A stretch of 64,000 nucleotides of DNA from an uncultured Nitrososphaeraceae archaeon. GTDB taxonomy: Archaea > Thermoproteota > Nitrososphaeria > Nitrososphaerales > Nitrososphaeraceae. Position numbers and translations under genes: made by a program. The notes under the pieces are model-generated. The model did no database searches and was not told where the DNA came from. It worked only from the letters and a program-made list of their open reading frames with translations. Positions 1-11,621 of the stretch are shown one piece after another. Position 1 is the first letter of the stretch; every line of letters begins with the position of its first letter. Location of the stretch: the NCBI GenBank assembly GCA_963729045.1, contig CAVSMN010000020.1, positions 96,001-160,000 on the forward strand, written 5' to 3'.

Positions 1-119
1 ATGATGATGAAGCAACAATTGCAAACGTGCCAAAGCGTACTAAAGGTAATAATCACATGTATTTCCAAAATGAAAATTTCCAAAATGAAAATACTCAAAA
101 GAAGAATAATACTGATTGA
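1..119 (+). CDS. Probable 3' end of an upstream CDS (…DDEATIANVPKRTKGNNHMYFQNENFQNENTQKKNNTD*)
   Basis: Open frame from position 3 to TGA at 117-119, containing an in-frame 15-nt duplication (FQNEN x2). Not in the ORF track; product unknown. Confidence 0.3.
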   Translation, partial: DDEATIANVPKRTKGNNHMYFQNENFQNENTQKKNNTD

Positions 120-1478
120 AATTAAACAAAGATAAGACGGTACCTTTCTTACCTCATGAATAAAAAGAAGCATGAGAACATAACAATAGTGTTTTAGATC
201 CATAAAGAAGGATAAAGGATCTTTTATGTCAAATCATCTAAGAACACAAATCAATATTTTACCAAATGAAATAAAGTCATGATCGAAAATAAACGATTGA
301 TGATATAAGTACCGATAACTAAGAATTTTCAATAATCTGGTAGAATAATTTGTAATAAGCAAGGGCAATAAAAGATCAATGCGGATAGAAAACTTACATT
401 ATTGTAACTGGATCATATTATGCTCCTTTCTGAGAGGTAGTTGCGAATTCATTTACAAGTGCAATAAGTAGCGTATTATACAGGTCAGAGCCAGGTGATA
501 TTTCACTCTAAAGAATGAAATTTTACTTTATGTAGGTACAATCATGCTATGATTAGTCAAAAAAACCCCAATTTACTATTCCAAAGTAAAATTTGATTTG
601 TTATCAATGTTTTATACGTTCTTATATGATGAAATGTATATATAAATATGAGAAAACTTATTGAGGTCATTAATAGGAGAAATCAGCTTAATAACCCTAA
701 GAATGGAAACACGAGAATAAGAAACAATACTGAAGGGGTTAGATTCATTGAAACATTTCATAACGGCAGTTGGAGATATTCACGTACATATTAGATAACT
801 AAATTTAAACTAAAAATAAGATCTCTTGTCAATGGATTTGCTTACTATTGTCGCAAATCCATTCCCGCTAAAAAACCTTTAATAGTTCATCCAAATCCGT
901 GACACATTATTCGTTTATTTCAAAGGCGTTAAATGCAAAGTCAATTCATTACTCTGATTAGTAATCATAAATACACACAATGGCAACTGAGCGGTCTAGT
1001 CCATCTGTATGAAAATAATAAGTAGAATTATCAAAAGATTGTATAGAAGATCTGTTTTTGTTGAAATGCATGATTACCAGAATGAATAAATCATCTAAAT
1101 CATAACAAGAAAAAATATCCTTAATCGGTGAATACACTATGTATAGATATCATAAAGTTTTTGTGCCCCAACAACTTTTGGAGACACCAGGTATTCTGCC
1201 ATGAGGACATAAATTACGATTTTATCTTTTAAATCAACTAAATAGATATTTTTACCTTCAAAAAGTACAAAAGTATAATTTTTAAGGAGTATGAAAAACG
1301 ACATTTAAATCTAAATTAAAGTAAATATACACAAATATTTGGAAGTTTATGCTTGAATAGTAACCGATCTTGTCAGATTATCGATTATCATTTTGATTTT
1401 GACTATCGATTTTCCAGAATTATGTAAGGATAATAACAAGTTCAACGTATTGAGAACGTCGAGGATGAAGGAATAAAG

Positions 1479-1652
1479 ATGCCAATGCTTATGTTAAAAT
1501 GTAAAACTTGTGGTATTATTTTTAGTGGAGTATATACAGACAACATGAATGAATTTAGAAATGAGTCTGAGAAGAATCCAAATTCAACATTCAAATGTTC
1601 AAAAGGGCATTTAAATAATTATGTGCTTGAGGATTATGTGGACCTGTCATAA
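1479..1652 (+). CDS. Small zinc-ribbon-like protein, 57 aa (CxxC…CxxxH)
   Basis: Manual translation: MPMLMLKCKTCGIIFSGVYTDNMNEFRNESEKNPNSTFKCSKGHLNNYVLEDYVDLS*. A T-run follows at ~1687-1694. Below the ORF-track length cutoff. Confidence 0.65.
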   Translation: MPMLMLKCKTCGIIFSGVYTDNMNEFRNESEKNPNSTFKCSKGHLNNYVLEDYVDLS

Positions 1653-2139
1653 ATTCAGAATATTTAACTGATCTATCTTAATGATGTTTTTTTTGTCTCG
1701 GACCAAAATATCAAATAACAATGAAAGATGACCAGTAATAAAACATGGTATTAACAATCTTAAACTAACAATAATTATAGTTACACTAGTTCCAATTTGT
1801 ACGATGAACCTCATTTTTTATTCCATTTAAAGATGATACACATGTCTGTTAAGGCCGCAAAACTCTGAAGTCAAAAACAAGTTCCAATATCTCTCCAGCA
1901 GGATATGACATTCAACAACAGTATTCGATCGTCTAGCAATTGTGAAATCATTTTCATAAATTATTATAGGTAAAATTGACTTTGCAAATTCCATTTCAGC
2001 TATTTGCTTTATTTCTCGAAATACTACTAATTAATCCAAAACATCTTTTTTCAGAACATGTACCTGATGGTAGAAATATTATGAAGAAACAGTATTGATG
2101 TTTCCTAGTGTCAATAAATACATATATACTTTTTAGGTC

Positions 2140-2508
2140 TTAACCACTGGATTTTGCTTTATATTTTTTATTATTTAATGCCAGCTCATTCACTAATTCA
2201 TCTATTTGCGCATCAGTATGAGAGACATCGAGTCCTCTTTGTTTGATTTCATTGATTACATCTCCAATAACAATATTGTCTATTTGGATATATCGTTCTA
2301 AGATCCTTAAAACCAAGAATGTAGGATGAGGAGCATTCTTAAACAATGGAGAAAATTTACTATAATGATAGTGAAGTGCATCTATTTCAGCGATAGATAG
2401 ATTATCACATTGTGATGCATCAGATACCTTTTTCTTAGCTTTTTTTAATATTTCTATTTTAGCTGATGGTTTATCTTGTTTATCTTGTTTAACTTGTTTA
2501 TTCGGCAT
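2140..2508 (-). CDS. Hypothetical protein, 122 aa
   Basis: ORF with ATG start, natural composition and a Lys-rich N-terminus. No family recognised. Confidence 0.55.
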   Translation of the reverse strand: MPNKQVKQDKQDKPSAKIEILKKAKKKVSDASQCDNLSIAEIDALHYHYSKFSPLFKNAPHPTFLVLRILERYIQIDNIVIGDVINEIKQRGLDVSHTDAQIDELVNELALNNKKYKAKSSG

Positions 2509-3514
2509 TTTATTATTGACGCTCGATGTTATAAGTTATTTTCTTCATTTTATTATTTTCTTAAAGCATCTATTGAATATAAGTTTGTTTTTTACTTGGC
2601 TTAAAACTTTAATCCTTAATTCATTTGCATATTACATGAATGCAATTATTGGAAAGATATGGTCGTCAAATCTACTTGTAGTATTTTCTAAAATTTATTA
2701 AATTCACGATTGGAGAAAAAAATCCAGGATGATTCTCCTAAATCATTTTTCAAGATTTCGGAGGAGCAAATAAACACGTACTATACCTAACGAAATATCT
2801 GTCGCATTAATAAGAATTCAAATTGACAATAAATGTCTCTTTATGATGGTAGGACTATTCTTTCTTATGTGTTGATAATGTCAGTAGTGTATTCCTTCAA
2901 ACAGACGGTTTCAAACTCAGTTCATCTTTATTTACCAGGTTCTTTTCGGCTATTGCTTTGTGTAAATAAGCCAAAGACATCATTATACCACTATAATTAC
3001 CAGTACCTTTCATAGGTTAGATATATAATTTGTTCCTATTAAGTATATCAAGATGGATTCCGCACTTGATGCCTTGCAATCGTTCATATAAATTGAAATA
3101 TAGGATTTTTTGGGCCATTACCTAAGATAGGTCAATAACATATAAGGATCGATAAGCCTTAATTGCTGAAATTAGTCCAATTTACTATCCAGAAATAAGT
3201 TTACTAGCAAGTCAAATCCATTCCATTTCATTCCATAAGACAATCTAATATCGTAGATAAATTGAAATTTTCTTATTTCTATTCTATCATGTCAGAATAT
3301 GGGTGGACCAAAATCCAATCGACGGTATTTATGTCGGAAATAGATTTTGTAATCAAACTATGTAATGCATGATATATTGTATGCTATCATAAAGAAAACA
3401 AAATTAGCGGGTATGGAGGATAAAATGTCTTTAACCCAATCATTGATACGAGAAAAATAGGATCAGATAGCGAAAAGGTGATGTCTATATATTCAAAAAA
3501 TCATGTTATAATGA

Positions 3515-3985
3515 ATGAATAATAATAAATCTAATATTTTAGTTCCATTTGATGCAACTGAGCTGTCAATAAAGGCATTAGATAAAGCAAAAGATCTTGC
3601 AGCAAGCCAGAGTTCTACCATAATCGTTATGTATGTTATTGATGATACAAGCTTCTATCCCAAAGAAATTGCAAAATATATTTCAAATATGGATGATTTG
3701 GACAAAACTAGGCACTATTTTGAAAAGACAATTAGAGAGGGAGCCAAGATAATGATTGGAAAGGAGGTAGATAGATTAATCCATGAAGGTGTTGCAGCCA
3801 AGTCAATAATTCGGGTAGGTCATCCTGCAGATGAGATCCTTACTGTATCTAAGGAAGAGAATGCAAGCATGATAGTAATGGGTAGTAGTGGATCATTAAA
3901 GAAAAGACATGATAGAAAAGGTATAGGAAGTATTTCTAGATGGATTTCAGAAGTAGCAACGTGTCCAGTAGTTTTGGTAAGATAA
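3515..3985 (+). CDS. Universal stress protein (UspA family)
   Basis: ILVPFDATELS N-terminal strand, GHPADEIL, IVMGSSG…GIGSISRWISEVATCPVVLVR USP signature. Confidence 0.92.
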   Translation: MNNNKSNILVPFDATELSIKALDKAKDLAASQSSTIIVMYVIDDTSFYPKEIAKYISNMDDLDKTRHYFEKTIREGAKIMIGKEVDRLIHEGVAAKSIIRVGHPADEILTVSKEENASMIVMGSSGSLKKRHDRKGIGSISRWISEVATCPVVLVR

Positions 3986-4049
3986 CCAAAATATAGTAAA
4001 TACCGGTAAAAAATGTGTAAATATCGATGAATTTATAGCGTTATTACAT

Positions 4050-5405
4050 TTGCTTATATGTCTTGGTTGTTATATACAATCTATTATTATGATGTCTTAT
4101 AAGTTAGATAAATATGATAAATTTCCGTTAAAAATTCTAATGGTTTCCACCGAATATCCACCCATTCCCGGAGGCGTTGGGAGATATGCAAAGAATCTCA
4201 CAGAGGGATTAAAAAGATCAGGTATGAAAGTTTCTGTTTTATGCAACGAGAAGGGAAAAGGAGATTATATGGGTATTGATCCTGAAAATAGCAATAATTC
4301 AAAAATAATACTAGATGTAATTGATGAGTATGTCCCTGATCTTGTGCACATCCAATTAGAACATGGACTTTATGGACTAAAAATGGACGCCATCAATCCA
4401 AGTAAATTAAGTACCAACATAGATGAATTTTATAAAGAATGTAAAATACCCATAATCACTACATTTCATTCTGCATATCCATTACGACAATGGATTGGGC
4501 TATCAAAACACCCTAATCTTTTAGATAAAAACATGATTACTTTTCCAATTAATTTGAGCAAGCAAATAATAGCCTATTGGAAACGCTTTATAAACTACCG
4601 ATCTTTTAATACAGCAAACAAGCAAAAAATGCAAATGAGTCAGGCCAGTATTGTTTTTTCAAATTATTTGGCCAAATTAATAGCCGAAAATGATGAAAAA
4701 TCATTGAAAAATTTTACTGTCATATATCATGGTGCAGAGTCAAATTTGAATATGCCTTTAAAGAAAAAGGAGGCAAGAGAAGCATACTCCTTACCACTAA
4801 ATCGTAAAATAGCTCTATTCTTTGGATTCATGACGCATACAAAAGGCTGGGACATATTAAATAATTTGGATATTCCAGATGATTGGGCGATGGTAATTAA
4901 TCAGTCGGAAAATTTATTCAATACGATAAAGCCGTCTTCAATTGATGGTAATGATAACCAGAAAAGAGTTCTTCACACAGAAAGGAAAGATACACGATAT
5001 AGTAAAATAATTAATTTGAATCGAGGATTCTTAACAGATAAAGAACTTTCAATTCTTTTTTATGCATGTGACATAATCATCCTTCCCTATACTGTAACTT
5101 CAGGTTCAGGGGTAATGTTTGATGCACTGGCTCACGGGTTACCATTCATAGCAACTGATTTAGGTTTCTTTAGAGAATTTGCAAATAAAGGACTTGGAAT
5201 AGTGGTAAAAAGAAGACCAAATGAATTTGCTAAAGCAATAAAGAAACTCGGAGCGAATTACTCTCATTATACTAAAAGAATTGAGGAATTCAATAAGGAA
5301 TTAACGTGGGATAATGTTGCGTTGCAGCATTATGCACTTTATACCACTGTTTTGGGTGAGAACAAGGGAATCAAAAACAACCTAGTCCCTTATGTCAGCC
5401 CATAA
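4050..5405 (+). CDS. Glycosyltransferase family 4 (GT-B)
   Basis: KILMVSTEYPPIPGGVGRY N-terminus; FFGFMTHTKG; ILPY…SGSGVMFDALAHGLPFIATD. True start probably ATG ~4089-4092. Confidence 0.9.
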   Translation: MLICLGCYIQSIIMMSYKLDKYDKFPLKILMVSTEYPPIPGGVGRYAKNLTEGLKRSGMKVSVLCNEKGKGDYMGIDPENSNNSKIILDVIDEYVPDLVHIQLEHGLYGLKMDAINPSKLSTNIDEFYKECKIPIITTFHSAYPLRQWIGLSKHPNLLDKNMITFPINLSKQIIAYWKRFINYRSFNTANKQKMQMSQASIVFSNYLAKLIAENDEKSLKNFTVIYHGAESNLNMPLKKKEAREAYSLPLNRKIALFFGFMTHTKGWDILNNLDIPDDWAMVINQSENLFNTIKPSSIDGNDNQKRVLHTERKDTRYSKIINLNRGFLTDKELSILFYACDIIILPYTVTSGSGVMFDALAHGLPFIATDLGFFREFANKGLGIVVKRRPNEFAKAIKKLGANYSHYTKRIEEFNKELTWDNVALQHYALYTTVLGENKGIKNNLVPYVSP

Positions 5406-5741
5406 TAGAAATTTAATAGTTTCATGATTTATTATGACCGACACTTAGGTTATATGCTCAATGGATTCATACATTAAAGAAGAGATTATTTTTTTAATCT
5501 CTGATAAGAACATGAAAAGACATGGTTCTGAATTTGTTTTCACTGCTTACTATAGTATTTAATAGTTAATGTAAAAGGTAATGATTTGAAGATTTTCTAA
5601 ATTACATTTTATGGAACAATGAAATAATATAATATATGATGATAGTCAGTGAAATTGTCGCTCCATTTTTATTAAATCTTACTATAATAAACAGTTTTCT
5701 TAATCCTACACTATTTCAATGAGTTAACGACCCATGGTAGA

Positions 5742-6725
5742 TTAACTATTTTGAAAAATATAATCTACAAGATCGCTTATCTTGGCAGTGGCAACGCAAC
5801 ACACCTTGTCCGCACCACCATAATAAACAAAAAGTTCTCCATTGATAATGCAAGCACCTGTAGGAAAGACCACATTGTTTACATCACCATATTTCTCATA
5901 TTGTGTAGTAGGCACTAGAATGGGTTCTTTGCTTCTACAAATTATTTTATATGGATCTTCTAAATCCAGAAGTGCAGCACCAGCACTATAGGTTCTGTCT
6001 GCGCTCACACCATGATATATCACTAACCACCCATATTTTGTTCTAATAGGCGGAGAACCAGCACCGATCTTTAATTCTTCCCATTTTTGTTCCGGCTTCA
6101 TGAGCAAAGTATGCGTTTCAAAACTTGTCAATGTAGTTCCCTCTCCAATCCATATACTGGGTTTATCAATTCCGTATGCGTCACCTACCCATGAACTTGG
6201 CCTATGCAAGCAGAAATACGCCATCTTTTCACTATTGATGGTATTTTTAGAGGGTAATTTGGTTGGAAAAAGAACCACATCTTTGTTATCCATCCCTTCA
6301 TTCGTAATAATGCCCAGTCTTTCAAATTTGGAATAATCTCTAGTAGTTGCTAATGCGGTTGATACCATTGGACCTTTTTTTGGACGATCAGGTAATACTA
6401 CATAAGTAATGTAAACTTGACTGTCAATTTCGGACAATCTGGGATCTTCGATACCGTATTTTTCGTAGTCCAATGTCGGATTAAACGCAATTCCATCACG
6501 CCTGCTAAAGAGGTAACCATCATCACTGGATGCATATCCTATTCTTGAAAGGTAGTGTTCATATTCTCCGATCGCACGATAAAGCATGTGAATTTTTTTT
6601 CCATCATTTAATATGGCACAGTTAAAAACAGCTTCTGATTCCCACCAGTTATTCTTATTGGGAATAAGTATAGGATTATTTGAATATCTCTTTAGGATTT
6701 CGGGGTTCAATTGGACGGAGTTCAA
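5742..6725 (-). CDS. GH130-family glycoside phosphorylase/hydrolase (beta-mannoside-active family)
   Basis: NPIL…WESEAVFNCA, GIEDPR, NKDVVLFP, LHRP, KIGAGSPPI, WLVIYHGV, YEKYGDVNNVVFPTG, YYGGAD motifs. Confidence 0.88.
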   Translation of the reverse strand: MNSVQLNPEILKRYSNNPILIPNKNNWWESEAVFNCAILNDGKKIHMLYRAIGEYEHYLSRIGYASSDDGYLFSRRDGIAFNPTLDYEKYGIEDPRLSEIDSQVYITYVVLPDRPKKGPMVSTALATTRDYSKFERLGIITNEGMDNKDVVLFPTKLPSKNTINSEKMAYFCLHRPSSWVGDAYGIDKPSIWIGEGTTLTSFETHTLLMKPEQKWEELKIGAGSPPIRTKYGWLVIYHGVSADRTYSAGAALLDLEDPYKIICRSKEPILVPTTQYEKYGDVNNVVFPTGACIINGELFVYYGGADKVCCVATAKISDLVDYIFQNS

Positions 6726-7076
6726 TTGGATAAATCGCTAACACAGAATTTATCTTTTGAGATGATGTTGCTCAGAATTGGTATAAACATTGAATACGGT
6801 TGTTTCCGAGGTATTTAAATAGCATACTAAAAGCAATGTTTTACTGGATGTTTGTTTGAGATGGGCTTATTACATATTGATATATAGATGATCTGTCGAT
6901 TTTAATTAATAACAAGATAATTGCTATTCTAGTTTCATGTAGAAAATTGCGAAGAAAATGGCAATAATGATGAGTAGTATGAATCAGAAATATCAGAGAA
7001 ATGCACTATTGTACAACTAGAAGCAGGCACTCACGTCATTAAATGAGAATAACGGAAATGAAACAAAAAAATAACT

Positions 7077-7214
7077 TTATGTGAATTGCTGGCACTTACA
7101 AAATAAACAGCGATGATCATAAAATCTTGGGCCACTGGGTTGTTGTCTATGCTCATCCTTTGAATGGGTACAATTCTTACACATTAACAATTGAATGTTA
7201 TCCATGTTACTCAT
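7077..7214 (-). CDS. Cys/His-rich microprotein, 45 aa (CxxCxHxxxxH…CxxCxC)
   Basis: Manual translation: MSNMDNIQLLMCKNCTHSKDEHRQQPSGPRFYDHRCLFCKCQQFT*. Not in the ORF track. Confidence 0.7.
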   Translation of the reverse strand: MSNMDNIQLLMCKNCTHSKDEHRQQPSGPRFYDHRCLFCKCQQFT

Positions 7215-7788
7215 AACTTAAGATATACATGATACATATTAAGGATTATCAAAATAATACTAAATAGCATATATAATAAGATAAAAACCAGACATAAAGT
7301 AATTGCAATAGAACCCAACAAAGCTTTCTTTCATTATCTAACCATCATCTCATCCAACAATTCTCGAAGATTTGGTGATCGCTGCTAATGGTAATATATT
7401 ACAAGTAGAGGTTAATCAGAGCGAAAATCCTTTCTTTTTGACTTTTGGGTATATTTAGTTAAACTTTAGCCTTTATTTCGAATAAATATTATTAGAACAT
7501 ATTTTACCAATTCAAATTTTGATAGTCATTATTTTTATACAAGTGTATGAATCACAAGATCAAATAAAAAGTGATGCCATCAGGGTTGATGAGAGTTTCA
7601 AAACATGTTTAGAAACACCCACTAACGTATCTTTGCTATAAGCAAGGCTAGATCATATTGATATGATGACCAAAATACGAATAAACACCCCTAACATGAA
7701 GTACAATTCTATAAACTGGTAAAAACTTTATTTTTTGGAGATAAAACGATATAAAAATTATGATATTATGTGAGGTAGTGAAGGAGAT

Positions 7789-8148
7789 CTAGTTTGCACG
7801 TATCTCTGGAGTTTCATAAAATCTCCTGCTAAATTCCTTAGAGATTTCTTCTTCTTTTATAATCTCTCCTCTTCGTCCAGGAGTTCGCATCATTTGCTGT
7901 CTAACACTTCTTCTTTCGTCGTCTAACTCATCAAATCCTCTTTCTATATCATATATTTGCTGTTTCTTAGTTCTTAATTCTTGAGAATATCTTTGGCGAA
8001 AAGATGTTTCCACATTTTCATTTGATTGTTCTTCAGCAATGACAACAATACTTTCATTTTTTGTCTGATTGATCACAGTGCTTTTATGAAGAGAATCTAA
8101 TGACATGAAGGGAAGGTGATTATTATTATAACTTTTTTCTATTACCAT
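7789..8148 (-). CDS. Hypothetical protein with charged C-terminal domain
   Basis: 119-aa ORF; C-terminal RQRYSQELR…RTPGRRGEIIKEEEI region looks conserved and helical. No function assigned. Confidence 0.6.
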   Translation of the reverse strand: MVIEKSYNNNHLPFMSLDSLHKSTVINQTKNESIVVIAEEQSNENVETSFRQRYSQELRTKKQQIYDIERGFDELDDERRSVRQQMMRTPGRRGEIIKEEEISKEFSRRFYETPEIRAN

Positions 8149-8926
8149 ATTACTATATACATACCATGTCTCTTAAGTATATTATGATGGATATCGTTTT
8201 CAGTTCATGTTAATCATCATTTCAATATCTATTAAAAATGATTCCTTCACATGAACCATTAATTCAATAGCAAACAGCATGATCTGGAACTAGAATAACG
8301 AATAGAATAATTAGGTCATAATTGACCATTTTTGTGTTAATCTTTTCAAGGCAATATCTCAGTTTACCGCACCTGATAACATACATAGCACTATTAAGAG
8401 TGCATAAAAGAAATTCCATTTTTTATGGACATTACTCAATTGATGGAAAATGGATTAGGATTTGTTTGGGGAATGCTTTAGAAAAATACTATGATAAAAC
8501 TTCAGAGAGAGAAACAAACAGTATTGTAGCAGGTCATAGTTTCTTGCAATTTTAGAACAACTTATTTAAATCCAAATTACTCCATAGGATATTATAGAAA
8601 TAGAATACGGAAATAATATAGATATTTTATGTTATCGATGACCAGGTACATTGGATGAAATCCTGAATTTGAACTAACCCTACTAGTACAAGTAGAAGTA
8701 ATGAGGAGAAATGACAAATCTTGAACATGAAAATACTTGTATGTCATTTATGATCAAATTGTCCAAATACTCCTTTTACGACATTCTAATTGAATTGGAC
8801 ATTAATCATAGAAAAGAGAAGATGGAAAGTTTAACCTTATCCAAAAGAGTGCAGATCCACTAAAGAATATGTCTAAATACGCGTATTATTAATATACTTT
8901 GGAATCTATATTATCTATGATTACTA

Positions 8927-9895
8927 TTGGTAGATCTTGTATACGGTATGGGTATAACCGATATAATAAAAGACGCTCCTACAATTTTTAGTATCCTAAG
9001 TAAATATATGTCTATAAAGTTTTTTAAATCTAAACCATTTATCTATGGTTCTGCAGACATTATCAACGTCTGTAATTTACATTGTTCCCATTGTTACTGG
9101 TGGAAAACTAGAAGAAATGAACTAGACGAGTTGAGTCCCGGGGACTGGAAAGAAATAATAAAACAGACCTTTAAAAAACATCATGTTTATGTAGTTACAC
9201 TCGTTGGAGGCGAGCCGATGATGCGTCAAGATATTATAAAGGTTTTTTGTGATGAGATGCCTAGAAGAATATGTGTAGTAACAAACGGTACTTATCCTTT
9301 AGTAAGATTTGACAAGCTTTACTTTTACTGGGTATCACTTGATGGTACAGAACAAGTACATGATAGCATTAGAGGAAAAGGCGCTTATGCGAAAACCAAA
9401 AAGAATATTTTAGACTATATCTCCGGGCCCGCTCGCAACGGAAAACCAGCTTGGAAGGACATTTGGATCACAATGACTATAAATTCTCTGAATTATACCA
9501 CCATAGAAGATCTAATTGATGAATGGAAAGATACGATAAATAAAATAGGGTTTCAATTTCATACACCCTTTGCAGATAATGATCCACTTTGGTTACCATT
9601 CGGTGATACAAGAACTGATATAATTAATAATATTCAAAGATTAAGAACTAAATATCCAGATTTTATCATGAACACAGAAAAACAACTAGAATTAATGAAA
9701 GGCAACTGGGGAGGGATTAAAACTACTCCCGTGGACTGTCCTTCGTGGGCAATATTATCGTTAGATCACAAAGGAATGTCAAAACAGCCTTGTTGTATTG
9801 GAAGCTCCGACAGTAAAGCAATGAAGCCAATATGTGAAAAATGTGGACTGGGATGTTATTCGATACTAGTTGCTCAAGGATTGAAAAATAATTGA
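8927..9895 (+). CDS. Radical SAM protein with Cys-rich C-terminal (SPASM/twitch-like) domain
   Basis: CNLHCSHC (CxxxCxxC), LVGGEPMM, VTNG, VSLDG…HDSIRG.GAY; C-terminal C…CC…CEKCGLGC. Confidence 0.9.
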   Translation: MVDLVYGMGITDIIKDAPTIFSILSKYMSIKFFKSKPFIYGSADIINVCNLHCSHCYWWKTRRNELDELSPGDWKEIIKQTFKKHHVYVVTLVGGEPMMRQDIIKVFCDEMPRRICVVTNGTYPLVRFDKLYFYWVSLDGTEQVHDSIRGKGAYAKTKKNILDYISGPARNGKPAWKDIWITMTINSLNYTTIEDLIDEWKDTINKIGFQFHTPFADNDPLWLPFGDTRTDIINNIQRLRTKYPDFIMNTEKQLELMKGNWGGIKTTPVDCPSWAILSLDHKGMSKQPCCIGSSDSKAMKPICEKCGLGCYSILVAQGLKNN

Positions 9896-10523
9896 CAATG
9901 ATTTGCTTTTTGGCTGACATTCTCTTAAAGAATTAACGGATCTCGAATAACAATGTTCATAAATGTTAACCACTATTAGACACATTATTAGACGTCTTTT
10001 GATAGCATCATCATTCATACGTGCATTATGTATCACATCAAAAAAGAGGAATATCTGTTTAAACTTCGTAAATGTCATTCTGCGGCTAGCAAATAAATTC
10101 AGATAATCTCAAACCACATATACATAGAGACCAAACACTTGGAAGGAAAATATCCATGGATTATCTATTTTATTATGACAGCAACATCAAGATAAAGTAT
10201 GATGAATAAAATCTATATTACCATTTTCTGATTTCTAAATTATGAATTTTTTAAATAGTATATTATTAATGTGTGGATTAGTTTTTATAATTTTAACTAT
10301 TCCTTATAGTCCCGATCTGTTAAGTTTCTTAAGAGAGAAATTAGCGATGTCGATATCTCTGACAAAGGAAATGCGAAGATATCGGACTGAAAGTAACAAG
10401 AAGTAAAAAGAAAATAAATAGATTAATAGAATGCCAAGAAGATGAGAAAATACAAATTCAGCTCAATAAACAAGACCTTAATGATATCTTTATTATAATA
10501 CGATTTGACTAATTCAATATATC

Positions 10524-10835
10524 ATGGAAAAGAGTCAAAAGATCATCATAGTTTTATCTATACCAATAATCATCATAACTGCAGTAGTAGTAGGATTATT
10601 TGCCCCATTCGCTTTTGAAGAACAATGTAAACAAAAGGCCAGTGAAATAATAAATAATTTATTTGCACTGGAAGGAAATAAGGAAAATTTTCTTGCATCT
10701 TATGAAAAAGGGACTATATCAAATCGATCTCAGGCGGAATTACAAAAATTAGATATGGTACTTAGCAATTGTCCTGAGTTAAAATCCATATCTACAAAAG
10801 AATCAGAATATGATATTTCTTTTCTACGGAGATAA
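10524..10835 (+). CDS. Hypothetical membrane-anchored protein
   Basis: N-terminal hydrophobic helix followed by a soluble domain with a Cys pair. Confidence 0.6.
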   Translation: MEKSQKIIIVLSIPIIIITAVVVGLFAPFAFEEQCKQKASEIINNLFALEGNKENFLASYEKGTISNRSQAELQKLDMVLSNCPELKSISTKESEYDISFLRR

Positions 10836-11365
10836 CTTTCCCTCTTCATTATTGATATTTGCGAGGAGTATGGAAAAGATTTGAACTAGAGGGCAGGACC
10901 AATATTAACAGGATCTTACACCAATCTGATGATGAAAATCGATTAACTTTTGGATATACTCTCATTTTCCCCAACAAATCGAATCTCAGGATGGAATTTT
11001 TTCTAAAATATTAATGGTTAATAGAGATAAACTGCGTATGAATAAGTTAAACAATGTGGAAATGGCCGTATTTCTAACCAATGACTTGTCAAAACTATCA
11101 ATACAAAGGCTTCAGTCGACCTATGTCTTCTGAAAATCGTGTTCTAGTATGTGGCAATAAACTTCAGAATAGATAAAATATTCAAAATCCTGTCTTTTCA
11201 ATATTACAAGAGTATTCAAAAATCCTTGAATGGTGTTTTATTTGTGGATAACTTGAAAATGGCCAAAATATTTTATGCTGCTCGTAGACCCAATTACAAT
11301 ATTATTGTTATATTATTGCCAATAGATACCAATATCTATAAATATCTGAGGCGCATAAATACTCT

Positions 11366-11527
11366 ATGAATAAAACAATTAAAGAAGTGGCAAAAATGAT
11401 GGACAACAAGATAAATATGGATTCCAATTCAATACAATCGGACAGGTTAACCAAAGAACAGGTACAAATAGTTGAAGAATTCGTAAATGCTTTTAACAAG
11501 AGAATATCCATGTTCCTTGTCTCCTAG
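11366..11527 (+). CDS. Hypothetical small protein, 53 aa
   Basis: Manual translation: MNKTIKEVAKMMDNKINMDSNSIQSDRLTKEQVQIVEEFVNAFNKRISMFLVS*. More protein-like than the overlapping track ORFs. Confidence 0.45.
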   Translation: MNKTIKEVAKMMDNKINMDSNSIQSDRLTKEQVQIVEEFVNAFNKRISMFLVS

Positions 11528-11621
11528 CATATCGTGAAAATTAAGTATTTTGATATTATTGGTAGTATCTTTATATGAAAATGGACATATCGCTTTAATA
11601 TAAGCATTCTTAATATTTCAG

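Noticed and set aside
648..794. 48-aa ORF MRKLIEVINRRNQ…WRYSRTY
   Set aside because: Plausible, but has no motif or other support; too weak to call.
2516..3015. Short track ORFs 2516-2701 and 2833-3015 (likewise 8322-8555, 17080-17304, 26559-26780)
   Set aside because: Composition typical of random AT-rich frames; no motifs.
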